31,310 nt of DNA from Campylobacterota bacterium (GCA_034722955.1 JAYEOM010000124.1:1-31310), one strand, 5' to 3'. Positions 1-8,618 are shown, counted from the first letter of the stretch. Translations and numbers: made by a program. Notes: generated by a model from the sequence alone, not told the origin.

Positions 1-103
1 TACTTTAAAAAAGTAGAAAATGTTCATGTGTGATAAGTGGTAGTAAAATAGGAGCAAATATAAGCAGGAGTTGTTTGAAGTTATCTCAAGTTGAGTCATT
101 TGG

Positions 104-437
104 CAAGGTGCAACGATAAGCCGGGTTCTGTCGTTGGGTAGTTATTTATCTAGGCGAAATGTTGCCATCACACTCAAGCGAAGTATAAAATCGTGAGACT
201 TATACCATATACTTCTTGCTACAGACAGGGTTTACCTAGCTACCTCTATTGCTAGAGGCACTGGTGGGCTCTTACCCCACCCTTTCACCTTTTACCGCTG
301 TAAACAGTGGTTTTCATACTCTCTGTTGCACTTGCCCTCAGATTACTCTGGCCATCCGTTAGATGGAGTCCTGTCTCACTGTAGCCCGGACTTTCCTCCC
401 GCGGCTCTCACCGCCGGCAACTACCTGTCACACCTTG
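104..437 (-). ncRNA. rnpB: RNase P RNA (bacterial type A)
   Basis: The minus strand carries the conserved GAGGAAAGTCCGGGC (384-398) and ACAGAACCCGGCTTA (117-131) motifs. The ends pair as a P1 helix (CAAGGTG 104-110 / CACCTTG 431-437). Length about 334 nt. Confidence 0.96.
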
Positions 438-443
438 AGCGGC

Positions 444-452
444 ATTATAGCA
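444..452 (-). promoter_or_regulatory. Extended -10 promoter (TGcTATAAT) of rnpB
   Basis: The reverse complement reads TGCTATAAT, 6 nt upstream of the P1 5' end. Matches the Campylobacterota sigma70 consensus. Confidence 0.75.
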
Positions 453-469
453 AAACTATACCTCATTTC

Positions 470-535
470 AAAAGGCTAATCGATGATTTTCTCGCAAATT
501 CCCTTAGTAGTCTCTATTGTATATTTCGGGTTTAA
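470..535 (-). repeat. Composite dispersed repeat: palindrome arm A (504-532) fused to a 35-nt block B (470-504)
   Basis: Block B matches 13864-13898 at 34/35 nt. Arm A matches 13813-13841 at 26/29 nt. Confidence 0.9.
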
Positions 536-579
536 AAGTTAGGCTATGCTAAAATAGCGAAAAAAAAGGATATATTGAC

Positions 580-921
580 ATGGATATTGATAATGCTTCT
601 ATAGTAGATGTTGAAAACGCTACAGTTGAGTTCACAAAAGGAACTATCGGGACTATCCCAACTTACTGCTTCGACACTTCAAAGGGTGGACACCCAATGG
701 TCAATGCGATGGCTGGATTGGCAATATTAGAGGATGACGATCAGTTGATCATGATAAACCACTGTGCCCCTACAGGACTCTTTCCCAAGATCGAAAATGA
801 GTTTGACTATGCTCACCAAGAGCTACCCAATGGATTGACACAGATCGTATTTACAAAAAAACATGATGCTCAAAGTACTACAGACTTTTCTGCTACTAGC
901 TGTGGTGGTGGTTGCGGCTAA
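580..921 (+). CDS. Hypothetical protein, possibly TusA/SirA-like or DUF2249-like fold, with a C-terminal CGGGCG tail
   Basis: AAGGA SD and TGCTAAAAT promoter (547-555). The FDTS..HPMVNAM..L...LIMINH..P..LFP pattern resembles TusA/DUF2249 folds. Confidence 0.6.
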   Translation: MDIDNASIVDVENATVEFTKGTIGTIPTYCFDTSKGGHPMVNAMAGLAILEDDDQLIMINHCAPTGLFPKIENEFDYAHQELPNGLTQIVFTKKHDAQSTTDFSATSCGGGCG

Positions 922-954
922 GAAGAGAAAGGTGAAGTGAGTTCACTAGGTGTG

Positions 955-979
955 CGTGACGACGAAGACCATCGTCACG
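955..979. terminator. GC-rich hairpin between convergent genes (terminator or REP-like)
   Basis: CGTGACGACG-aagac-CATCGTCACG, 9 of 10 pairs. No U-tract. Confidence 0.45.
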
Positions 980-986
980 AGAGAGT

Positions 987-1433
987 CTATCTATCAGTTG
1001 CAGGACACTCTGCTTGCGTGATATCAAATCGAAAAAGTTCTGCTTTGCTCTTGGCACTTATGTATATGTAGGAGATATCTATCTGAGCATCTAAAAATCT
1101 TTTTGCTGAGTGGCAGATACCGTTGGTTACGGCTTGTTTCATTCGTGTTCTATCCTCTTTTTTGACTGTTTCATCACTCTTGGCACCTGTATTGATCTCA
1201 AATTTATATACGAGTGTAGTATCTTTGCCGCCTACACTCATCAGCGTGGTATACTCATCTATCTTCTGCGGAAGAGTTTTTGATATCTCTTCGCTTGCTA
1301 GCTTGACTATCTCTCTATTTTGTTTTTGCATCTCTTTTAGAGGGAACTCTTTGCTTTGCAGCTGCTCTGGCTCAGCAGAAACCCATTGGCTAAGTGTGAG
1401 GATCATGGCAATTGCCAAAAATGATCTTTTCAT
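987..1433 (-). CDS. Exported hypothetical protein
   Basis: Start moved to MKRSF at 1433, which has an AAGGA SD and an upstream TATAAT. Sec signal peptide ending VSA. Confidence 0.75.
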   Translation of the reverse strand: MKRSFLAIAMILTLSQWVSAEPEQLQSKEFPLKEMQKQNREIVKLASEEISKTLPQKIDEYTTLMSVGGKDTTLVYKFEINTGAKSDETVKKEDRTRMKQAVTNGICHSAKRFLDAQIDISYIYISAKSKAELFRFDITQAECPATDR

Positions 1434-1552
1434 ATTTTTCCTTTTAAGTAATCTGATTGGCATTATACATTATTAGAGTAAACAATATCAAGAAAGATAA
1501 AACAACTTAAGGGCTTTATTATGATAAACTATGCAATAAGGAGAGAGTCATT

Positions 1553-2623
1553 ATGGTGCAAAATAGAAAAAATGTAGGTTATCTTTTGATAGTGGCAGCT
1601 TCTGTTGTGGTAGTGCTAGCAGGTGTTAAGATGGCAGCTGTGATCGTGGTTCCTTTCTTGCTCTCACTTTTTTTGGCAACGATACTTGCTCCGCTCTTTC
1701 TATGGCTCAAAAAGATAGGGTTGGGAGAAGTCTTCTCTCTGATATTTATCGTACTGTTTCTACTCTTTATTATAGGCTTATTGGCTACACTCGTAGGTGG
1801 TTCGGTACAAGACTTCAATCAAAACATTCCTCTCTATGAGATCAAGCTTCGTGCAGATCTGCGTGATCTTTTTGATATTTTTCAAAAATGGGGTATATCT
1901 ATACCAAAAGAGGAGTTCTTCAATATGTTTCAGACTAGTAGTGTTATGCGTTATATAGCAAGCACACTTAAAAGCCTCGGCTCACTACTCACAAACTCAT
2001 TTATGATCATTCTCACCGTCACTTTTATGCTGATGGAAATTTCGCAGTTCACTACCAAACTTCATCAAACCAACTCCAATAGCCTCATCAAGTTCTCAGA
2101 AGTCAGTGACAAGATAAACCACTATATCCTACTCAAAGCCCTGACTTCAGCAGCTACCGGTATCATCATCACTATTATTTTGAAGGTGACTGGTATACAC
2201 TATGCGATACTTTGGGGATTGTTGGCATTTGCACTCAATTTTATACCTACCATCGGCTCTATCATTGCGGCAGTACCTGCTATCTTGATGGCTATGGTGC
2301 AGTACAATCCGGGGGTAGCTTTGATGGTAGCGATCGCTTATCTCATCGTCAATATACTGATAGGTTCTATCTTGGAACCACGGATATTGGGCAGAGGATT
2401 GGGTATCTCACCTCTCATCGTCTTTCTATCACTGATCTTTTGGGGATGGCTGCTAGGTCCATTGGGGATGCTACTATCTGTACCTCTGACTATCATGATC
2501 AAGATCGCACTTGATACCCAGCCCAATACCAAGTGGATCGCTACACTCTTGGGATCTGGAGGAGATGTCAAAAATGCATTAGCAGAAGGGGAGAGGGAGC
2601 AATCCCCTAAAGAGAACCTCTAA
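1553..2623 (+). CDS. AI-2E family (PerM/TqsA) transporter
   Basis: Multiple TM segments. LNFIPTIGS, EPRILG and WGWLLGPLGMLLSVPLT motifs. Confidence 0.92.
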   Translation: MVQNRKNVGYLLIVAASVVVVLAGVKMAAVIVVPFLLSLFLATILAPLFLWLKKIGLGEVFSLIFIVLFLLFIIGLLATLVGGSVQDFNQNIPLYEIKLRADLRDLFDIFQKWGISIPKEEFFNMFQTSSVMRYIASTLKSLGSLLTNSFMIILTVTFMLMEISQFTTKLHQTNSNSLIKFSEVSDKINHYILLKALTSAATGIIITIILKVTGIHYAILWGLLAFALNFIPTIGSIIAAVPAILMAMVQYNPGVALMVAIAYLIVNILIGSILEPRILGRGLGISPLIVFLSLIFWGWLLGPLGMLLSVPLTIMIKIALDTQPNTKWIATLLGSGGDVKNALAEGEREQSPKENL

Positions 2624-3258
2624 AGTTTTTCAAATATAATCCTCTCTAGATTTGATACGGAGTGAATCGCATCTTGATGATTACTAAAGCCCCAATCTAT
2701 CATCAGATAATCTATATCTGCTCTTCTGGAAGCTATCTCATCACGCGAACCATCACCAATGAAGAGTGTCTTATCGGGATGAATATTTAAAGTTCTTAAG
2801 ATTTTAAAAAGCATATCAGGATAGGGCTTGCCACGAGAGACATCATCATAACAAGCGATAGTATCAAAAAGATCGTAAATACCTAAATGTGTCAGAGATT
2901 CGATAGCAGATCCACGGTAGGCATTTGTAGCAACTGACAACAAAATACCCCTCTCCCTCAAAGCAATAAGCAGATCATAAATACCATCATATAGAAGTAA
3001 CTCCATCTCATGGTTTTTAGTGTAATATTCAGAAAACCATCTCTCATGGTCTCCCTCAAAATGATCTGTCTCATAGAAGAGTTGTGCCGGATTGATATGG
3101 TGATCGTTGATCTTTTCCATCACAAAGGTAAAGTCCATAGGATCTAGACCTAAATTGTGCCGTACATGGTTTATGGCATTGACTATTGTCACTGAGCTAT
3201 CAATTAGTGTGCCATCCATATCAAAGATAATAAGCTCTACGGCTCTACTGCTTTTCAT
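2620..3258 (-). CDS. HAD-superfamily hydrolase (phosphoglycolate phosphatase-like)
   Basis: FDMDGTL, ATN, KPYP and IGDGSRD motifs. Confidence 0.9.
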   Translation of the reverse strand: MKSSRAVELIIFDMDGTLIDSSVTIVNAINHVRHNLGLDPMDFTFVMEKINDHHINPAQLFYETDHFEGDHERWFSEYYTKNHEMELLLYDGIYDLLIALRERGILLSVATNAYRGSAIESLTHLGIYDLFDTIACYDDVSRGKPYPDMLFKILRTLNIHPDKTLFIGDGSRDEIASRRADIDYLMIDWGFSNHQDAIHSVSNLERIIFEKL

Positions 3259-4153
3259 TGCTTCGAATCACCTTGAGATATACAGAGAGTCCGATCATCA
3301 ATGCAGTAATACCAAAGATCAAATAGACAGCATAGAGTAGTTTGGCAGGATCAGTCAAGGCAAATTTAAATACTAGCATCAACGCTTCTATAGCAAGGGC
3401 TATGATGATAGAACCCAAAAAACGGATCATTGTTCGATGTGAATCATCTGAACTGTCTCCCTTCTCCTTGCCTAATACCTCCTCTTCAAAGATCGCTTTG
3501 ACCAGATCAAATATAGCTAGTGAGAGTGTCAGGAGGATCGTAGACTTGAACATCTCATTGATCTCAATACTACCAAAGTCCAAACCTACCCGTACAAAAC
3601 CATCGATTCCTTTGAAAAAGAGGAGCAGTGATACAGCAAGAAGTGCTAGTGAATATGCAGAATAAATCAACTTACTACCAGTACCAAAATATGAATCCAT
3701 AGAGCTTGGATGTACCATTTTGAGTATATTTTTTAGACTAATATCAACACAAATGATACAGATAAGTTTATCATCTTCATCATAGATAGGAAATGAAGCA
3801 GTCACAACAAGATAGTTGCTTATGAGCGAAGGGTATGGATCTGTCAATACACAGCGGTGCTCTTCAACAGTGCGATAGTAGTAAGCTCTGTTACTCCTAT
3901 CCCCACCTTTCCCAAATCCATTCACTGATGAGTTGCGAGAGATATTATCTGTGATCTGTATCCCTGAACCATCGACAACATAGATCGCTTCACTCTTTGG
4001 CAGTGAACGACTGATATTATCTAGTTTATTCAAAATATGTTCTAAATTTCCATTCTGCATGGTTTGGGAGATATTGCGACCTAGAATATAACAGAGATAA
4101 GCTCTAGCTCTGGTGCGTATCTCAGCATACTCCTGTATCTCTTTTATCATCAT
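3245..4153 (-). CDS. pglG: PglG/WlaM-like protein: PDC/Cache domain plus a 4-TM domain
   Basis: RARAYLCY, DRSNRAYY, TDPYPS and RFLGSIIIALAIEALMLVFK match the Campylobacter PglG family as recalled. Confidence 0.78.
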   Translation of the reverse strand: MMIKEIQEYAEIRTRARAYLCYILGRNISQTMQNGNLEHILNKLDNISRSLPKSEAIYVVDGSGIQITDNISRNSSVNGFGKGGDRSNRAYYYRTVEEHRCVLTDPYPSLISNYLVVTASFPIYDEDDKLICIICVDISLKNILKMVHPSSMDSYFGTGSKLIYSAYSLALLAVSLLLFFKGIDGFVRVGLDFGSIEINEMFKSTILLTLSLAIFDLVKAIFEEEVLGKEKGDSSDDSHRTMIRFLGSIIIALAIEALMLVFKFALTDPAKLLYAVYLIFGITALMIGLSVYLKVIRSNEKQ

Positions 4154-4984
4154 CTATGACTCCTTCTGCTCGGATATTGTAGCGACCTCTTCTCCAAATC
4201 TGACCTTTTGATCTAGTGAGACTTTGGATCTGATCGCCCCTTTTTGGCTAAAGGTCAAAATAGTAGAACCCATCTCAAACCAACCAAAAAGTTCACCCTT
4301 TGTCATCGTCAGATCCTCATAACTATAGTGAGTTGTCTCCTCTGCACTGCTATTTGTCTTGACTCCATCTTCAAAAGTGACAACCATTTTACCTACATTG
4401 AGTGCACCGACTAGCACTAGCATCTGAAGATATCCATTGTCATCTATAGACTCTATCACGACTCTCTCGTTTTCGATAAATAGATTATGTTTATGCCGAA
4501 GCAGTGGCATATTGACAGGATATAGCTTGCCGGGGATATGAGTAAGACTCTTGATCGTTAGATTCATAGGCATATGGTAGCGGTGATAATCTTTGGGAGA
4601 GAGGTAGAAGTTTATGAACTCTCCCCCCTCTAGCAGTGCAGATCTGCCAGCATAGTCACTACCCAATAGTTCATCGATCTGATATGACATCCCTTTGATC
4701 TGATACGCTTTTCCATCAGTGATCTTGCCGAAATCTGTCACTAGCGAATCAGCAGGTGAAATCATCACATCATCACCATCCTCTATCGGGCGAGGCTTTT
4801 CAAATGCTCTTGTAAAGAGTGCATTGAGTGTGGAGTATTGACTTGGGTCTTTGAATTCACTCATATCTAAACCCATCAATCCCACATAGCTGCGATTGAT
4901 CACTCTCTGTATAGATGGAGCAAATGCTTTTCCGGCAAACTTACCAAACATGGATGAGATCACAGAGGTGTAGTCTCTAGGCAT
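4154..4984 (-). CDS. psd: Phosphatidylserine decarboxylase proenzyme
   Basis: LNALFTR, SPAD, YLSPKDYHRYH, ENER, VGALNVG and the FEMGST self-cleavage motif. Start probably MPRDY at 4984. Confidence 0.95.
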   Translation of the reverse strand: MPRDYTSVISSMFGKFAGKAFAPSIQRVINRSYVGLMGLDMSEFKDPSQYSTLNALFTRAFEKPRPIEDGDDVMISPADSLVTDFGKITDGKAYQIKGMSYQIDELLGSDYAGRSALLEGGEFINFYLSPKDYHRYHMPMNLTIKSLTHIPGKLYPVNMPLLRHKHNLFIENERVVIESIDDNGYLQMLVLVGALNVGKMVVTFEDGVKTNSSAEETTHYSYEDLTMTKGELFGWFEMGSTILTFSQKGAIRSKVSLDQKVRFGEEVATISEQKES

Positions 4985-5807
4985 TTTTCTTTTCCGTATA
5001 ATACAATAGAGCATCTTTCATGAGATCTATATGGTAATTCTCTTGATTGTTAATAAAGTCAAAGAACTTTGCCAACTTAGGGCTATCTGAAGCTACAGCC
5101 TCTGATAGCTTTCGACACTCCTCTTTGGCTGCCATCTCTTCATTGATACCGGCAAAGAGAAAAGCTCTGACATCCTCTATCTGGTACAACTCTCGACTCA
5201 CAACTCTAGGTACACCTAGTATCCCCATCTTTGCCATCATATCTCCAAAAGACTTGAGATGGAAAAAACTCTCATCTACAAGGATTTGAAAGATACGATT
5301 GAGATAAGCATCATCACTGTGTGCCTTGAGATAGTTATATATCATGATCAACTCATACTCTTTATAACTCTCTTCAAACAAGAATAGAGTCAAAGCATCT
5401 GTAGCCTCATCACTCAAAGAGATATTATCAAGCTTTCTCTCGACATGAAATGCTCTGATATCCTCATCGGGCAGATGGATAATCACCTCTTTTATATATT
5501 TCAGATCACTGCTGATACGATCAGCCAATGCCTTATCAACACCTATGAGCTGTAGATCTATCTGATTTAAACGAACAATGATATTACTGGTGATAACGCT
5601 TAACTGTTCTACTTTTATCGCTACAGTATCACGATCATAATCATAGCTCTCACCACTCTCTATGATCTTTCTCTCGATCCAAGTAAAGTGCCTAAAGAGT
5701 ATATCCGAAAAATCAAAAAGTATCTGCTTGTTCTCTCCACTACTCATAAATCCTGCTGCAAGCGTAGCTAGCCAAGCCTCATGTGTCAATATTGCCAATG
5801 TCTTCAT
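4977..5807 (-). CDS. Ferritin-like (diiron-carboxylate) protein with two helical-bundle regions
   Basis: The C-terminal half has an E..E / DE..H / EE..E / QENYH ligand pattern. Start MKTLA at 5807 has a GAGGAG SD and an ATGA overlap with the upstream gene. Confidence 0.75.
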   Translation of the reverse strand: MKTLAILTHEAWLATLAAGFMSSGENKQILFDFSDILFRHFTWIERKIIESGESYDYDRDTVAIKVEQLSVITSNIIVRLNQIDLQLIGVDKALADRISSDLKYIKEVIIHLPDEDIRAFHVERKLDNISLSDEATDALTLFLFEESYKEYELIMIYNYLKAHSDDAYLNRIFQILVDESFFHLKSFGDMMAKMGILGVPRVVSRELYQIEDVRAFLFAGINEEMAAKEECRKLSEAVASDSPKLAKFFDFINNQENYHIDLMKDALLYYTEKKNA

Positions 5808-6250
5808 CTGTTCTCCTCTTTTGGTACACAACTATTTGTGATTTTGTAAGTGATCGCGGGATAGATAGCATCCTCTCTTCGCTTCATATAAGTATCCATC
5901 GCTGCCTTCAGGGCTAGAGCTACCATCTCTGAGCATGCTGCATCTTCAGGAGGCACTCGATCCAATAGTTTCATCGTCATCTCTATCAAATCTTCTGCTC
6001 TTCCGAACCCTAAACCCTTTGCCTCTTCGGTGATCATAGAACCTGCTACGACTGTTGTTGAACACCCGATCGCCTGAAAGCGAACATCATCTATGGTTGG
6101 TTCGCCATCTTTTTCAGATATACGGAGATAGATAGCAACTTTTTCTCCATTTTCAGGGTTTTTTCCTATACCCTCACTATCTGCATTCTCCATTGAACCA
6201 TAATTTTTGGGCTCCATCATATGCTCTATCAACTGTGCATCAACATCCAT
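5804..6250 (-). CDS. IscU/NifU-N/SufU-like scaffold protein (variant)
   Basis: EH..EPKNYG, RFQAIGC, AGSMITE and ACSEM motifs. The first Cys motif is replaced by NPENGE. Confidence 0.88.
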   Translation of the reverse strand: MDVDAQLIEHMMEPKNYGSMENADSEGIGKNPENGEKVAIYLRISEKDGEPTIDDVRFQAIGCSTTVVAGSMITEEAKGLGFGRAEDLIEMTMKLLDRVPPEDAACSEMVALALKAAMDTYMKRREDAIYPAITYKITNSCVPKEENR

Positions 6251-6279
6251 TTGCTATCCTTGCATTTAAATAGTTATCC

Positions 6280-6288
6280 ATTCTATCA
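6280..6288 (-). promoter_or_regulatory. Extended -10 (TGaTAGAAT) of the iscU-like operon
   Basis: Consensus-like box about 30 nt upstream of the ATG, followed by an AAGGA SD. Confidence 0.5.
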
Positions 6289-6431
6289 AAAATATTTTCT
6301 ACTTTAGAAAGTTTTCAAGATGATTTAAGATAGTATCCTAGATAATACCATATCTTATCTAACAAAGGCTACATACACTATGGGAAAAAGAGATTTTTTC
6401 AAGAATTTTCAAAAAAGGAGAGTAAAATAGC

Positions 6432-7169
6432 ATGGCACTCTATATACTCTTTGATACAGAAACCACAGGTAATCAAGAGAGAGATCGCATCATACAGATA
6501 GGCGGAATGATCGTTCGCGGCAAAACTGAGATAGAGGTCTATGATGAGCTATGTTCTAGCGATGTACCTATATCGACAGAGGCTATGGAGGTACACAATA
6601 TCACTCCTGATATACTAATAGATAAACCACTCTTTACCCAGACAGACTTCTACCAAAAAGTAAATGAGTATAATCAAAAAGAGAACTACCTCATCGCACA
6701 TAATATAGCTTTTGATCTAGGGATGATGGAGAAAGAGGGCTTCATCAACCACTATACACTGATCGATACTGTTCGTTGTGCAAAACATCTATTTCCCGAT
6801 ATGCCATATCACCGGCTGCAATACCTTCGATATGCACTCGAACTCTACAGATCAGAATCCCAAGAGGCAGAGAGGCTTGAAGTAACCATAAAGGCTCATG
6901 ATGCTATAGGTGATGTACTAGTGATGAAACTTCTCTTATCCAGACTGGTTGCAGAGGTTAAGCGTCAATTCCCGGATAGTGATATTATGCAAAAACTAGC
7001 CGAACTCACAAAGACTCCTGTTCTCATGAAGCTGTTTAAGTTTGGTAAATATAGAGGTCGAGAGATAGAGGAGGTCGCAAATGAAGATGCTGGATATATC
7101 AAGTGGATGCGTAAAAATCTTGATCTTGATGAAGATATGGTATATACACTAGAGTATTATCTTGATTGA
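6432..7169 (+). CDS. DEDDh 3'-5' exonuclease (ExoX/DnaQ-like) with a C-terminal DUF3820-like motif
   Basis: DTETTG, AHNIAFD and HDAIGDV motifs. C-terminal FKFGKYRG..GYIKW. Confidence 0.9.
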   Translation: MALYILFDTETTGNQERDRIIQIGGMIVRGKTEIEVYDELCSSDVPISTEAMEVHNITPDILIDKPLFTQTDFYQKVNEYNQKENYLIAHNIAFDLGMMEKEGFINHYTLIDTVRCAKHLFPDMPYHRLQYLRYALELYRSESQEAERLEVTIKAHDAIGDVLVMKLLLSRLVAEVKRQFPDSDIMQKLAELTKTPVLMKLFKFGKYRGREIEEVANEDAGYIKWMRKNLDLDEDMVYTLEYYLD

Positions 7170-7207
7170 TATTGCAATTTTTAATATTTAAAGTGTATAA
7201 TCTGATG

Positions 7208-8533
7208 ATGAAAACAAAAATATTATCTCTAGCTATTATTTTAGCATCTCAATCTTTTGCGTCAGAAAACAGTAATCCTGACAATTTGCCGGATTTTGAA
7301 CAGACTGGTAACTGGATCGCCTTGCCCTATGCATTTACTAGTGACACAACTGGTTTGTCCGGTGGCGTAGGAGCGATCGCACAGGGACTTCTGCAACCTC
7401 AGACGACATTTGTAGGTACACTCTTTTATGGAGTCGAGCAGGATATCATCACCAATGGCAATCCTGCCACTGCCAACTTCAGCGGAGGTATGCTCTCATA
7501 TAGTAACTTCAAACTCCCCTATACTGATCGTTTCTATCTATCTGCTTGGGGTTATATGAGCCACATTCCCAGAAATATAATCTATCTCGATGGATCAAAT
7601 GATTCTGACAAAGATGATGCACTGACCACGGCAGGCGACAATAACTATTTTCTTATGGAATTGAACTATGTATTTCCTATAGGAGAGGGTATCAATAATC
7701 CCGACAATATTTTTAAACTGCGTAACGGTTTTGCAATGGAGCGTGAAAACTATGGAGATGGTGCTCCTTTTGTAACAGGACGAACCTTTCTGGGTCTAAA
7801 AGGGTTTTATCAGAAGCAGACTATAGAAAACTGGCAAGAGTCAGAGCCTTGGAGTCTTGCAAAATCTAAGCCCGAATGGAGTAGTTCAGGAGTTAAAGTC
7901 TCTTTAGAGCATGACAATACCGACTACTACCTAAACCCGTCACGGGGATACAATTTTCAAGTTCAGTACTCTACTGACTTGGGTTGGGGTGACAACCTTC
8001 AGGGTTGGGACAATATAGAGTTCAAATATAGTAAATATTTTAACCTAGATACCCTCTCCTTTACAAAACAAAATGTACTAGCACTTAATTTTTGGACGGC
8101 ATACTCACCGAGCTGGAAAATTCACAATGAGATACTGCCTGGAATAGATGCAGATCGTCCCCCTAGTTGGGAGGGGCCAAGATTGGGTGGGCTTTTCCGT
8201 ATGAGAGGGTACGATAGCAACCGCTTCTCTGGCAAAGCAGCGATATACGCTACAGCAGAGTATCGAGCTATAGTCAACTGGAACCCTTTCAAGACAACAA
8301 AAATTTTGCAAAAGTACTCTCCGGTAGCTGTTGATTGGTTCCAAGTAGTTCCCTTCATCGAGGTAGGTAGAGTCGATGACGAGTATAGTTTTGATCTGCT
8401 GAAAGATTTGAAATATGACGCAGGTATCAGCCTGAGAGCATTTGCGGCAGAGCTACCTGTACGATTGGATGTCGGCTTCAGTGATGAGGGTGTCAATATG
8501 TGGGTAATGATCAGACAACCGTTTGACTTTTAA
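7208..8533 (+). CDS. BamA/TamA (Omp85)-family outer-membrane beta-barrel without evident POTRA domains
   Basis: Signal peptide MKTKIL...SFA, alternating aromatic strands, LGG..RMRGY loop motif and C-terminal Phe. Start placed at ATG 7208 (7205 also possible). Confidence 0.8.
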   Translation: MKTKILSLAIILASQSFASENSNPDNLPDFEQTGNWIALPYAFTSDTTGLSGGVGAIAQGLLQPQTTFVGTLFYGVEQDIITNGNPATANFSGGMLSYSNFKLPYTDRFYLSAWGYMSHIPRNIIYLDGSNDSDKDDALTTAGDNNYFLMELNYVFPIGEGINNPDNIFKLRNGFAMERENYGDGAPFVTGRTFLGLKGFYQKQTIENWQESEPWSLAKSKPEWSSSGVKVSLEHDNTDYYLNPSRGYNFQVQYSTDLGWGDNLQGWDNIEFKYSKYFNLDTLSFTKQNVLALNFWTAYSPSWKIHNEILPGIDADRPPSWEGPRLGGLFRMRGYDSNRFSGKAAIYATAEYRAIVNWNPFKTTKILQKYSPVAVDWFQVVPFIEVGRVDDEYSFDLLKDLKYDAGISLRAFAAELPVRLDVGFSDEGVNMWVMIRQPFDF

Positions 8534-8618
8534 CATAGATACCTACCCACATTTCAGCAAAATATCCTATAATACATTTTAAAAAATTGATAATAGAGAT
8601 TATATGGAGTTTATATAA

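Noticed and set aside
1..33. Possible 3' end of an upstream gene (YFKKVENVHV*)
   Set aside because: Too short to support.
326..535. 69-aa plus-strand ORF
   Set aside because: It is antisense to rnpB and runs through its promoter and the repeat, so it is spurious.
880..921. Ser/Thr/Cys-rich tail as a RiPP precursor for the orphan RRE
   Set aside because: It is 25 kb away, looks like the tail of a folded domain, and no modifying enzymes are present.
6145..6160. Selenocysteine replacing the missing IscU Cys
   Set aside because: The in-frame codon is AAT (Asn), not TGA.
8588..8604. Fur-box-like TGATAAT-agag-ATTATA before gltX
   Set aside because: The spacing does not fit the 7-1-7 box, the context is AT-rich and the target is unlikely.
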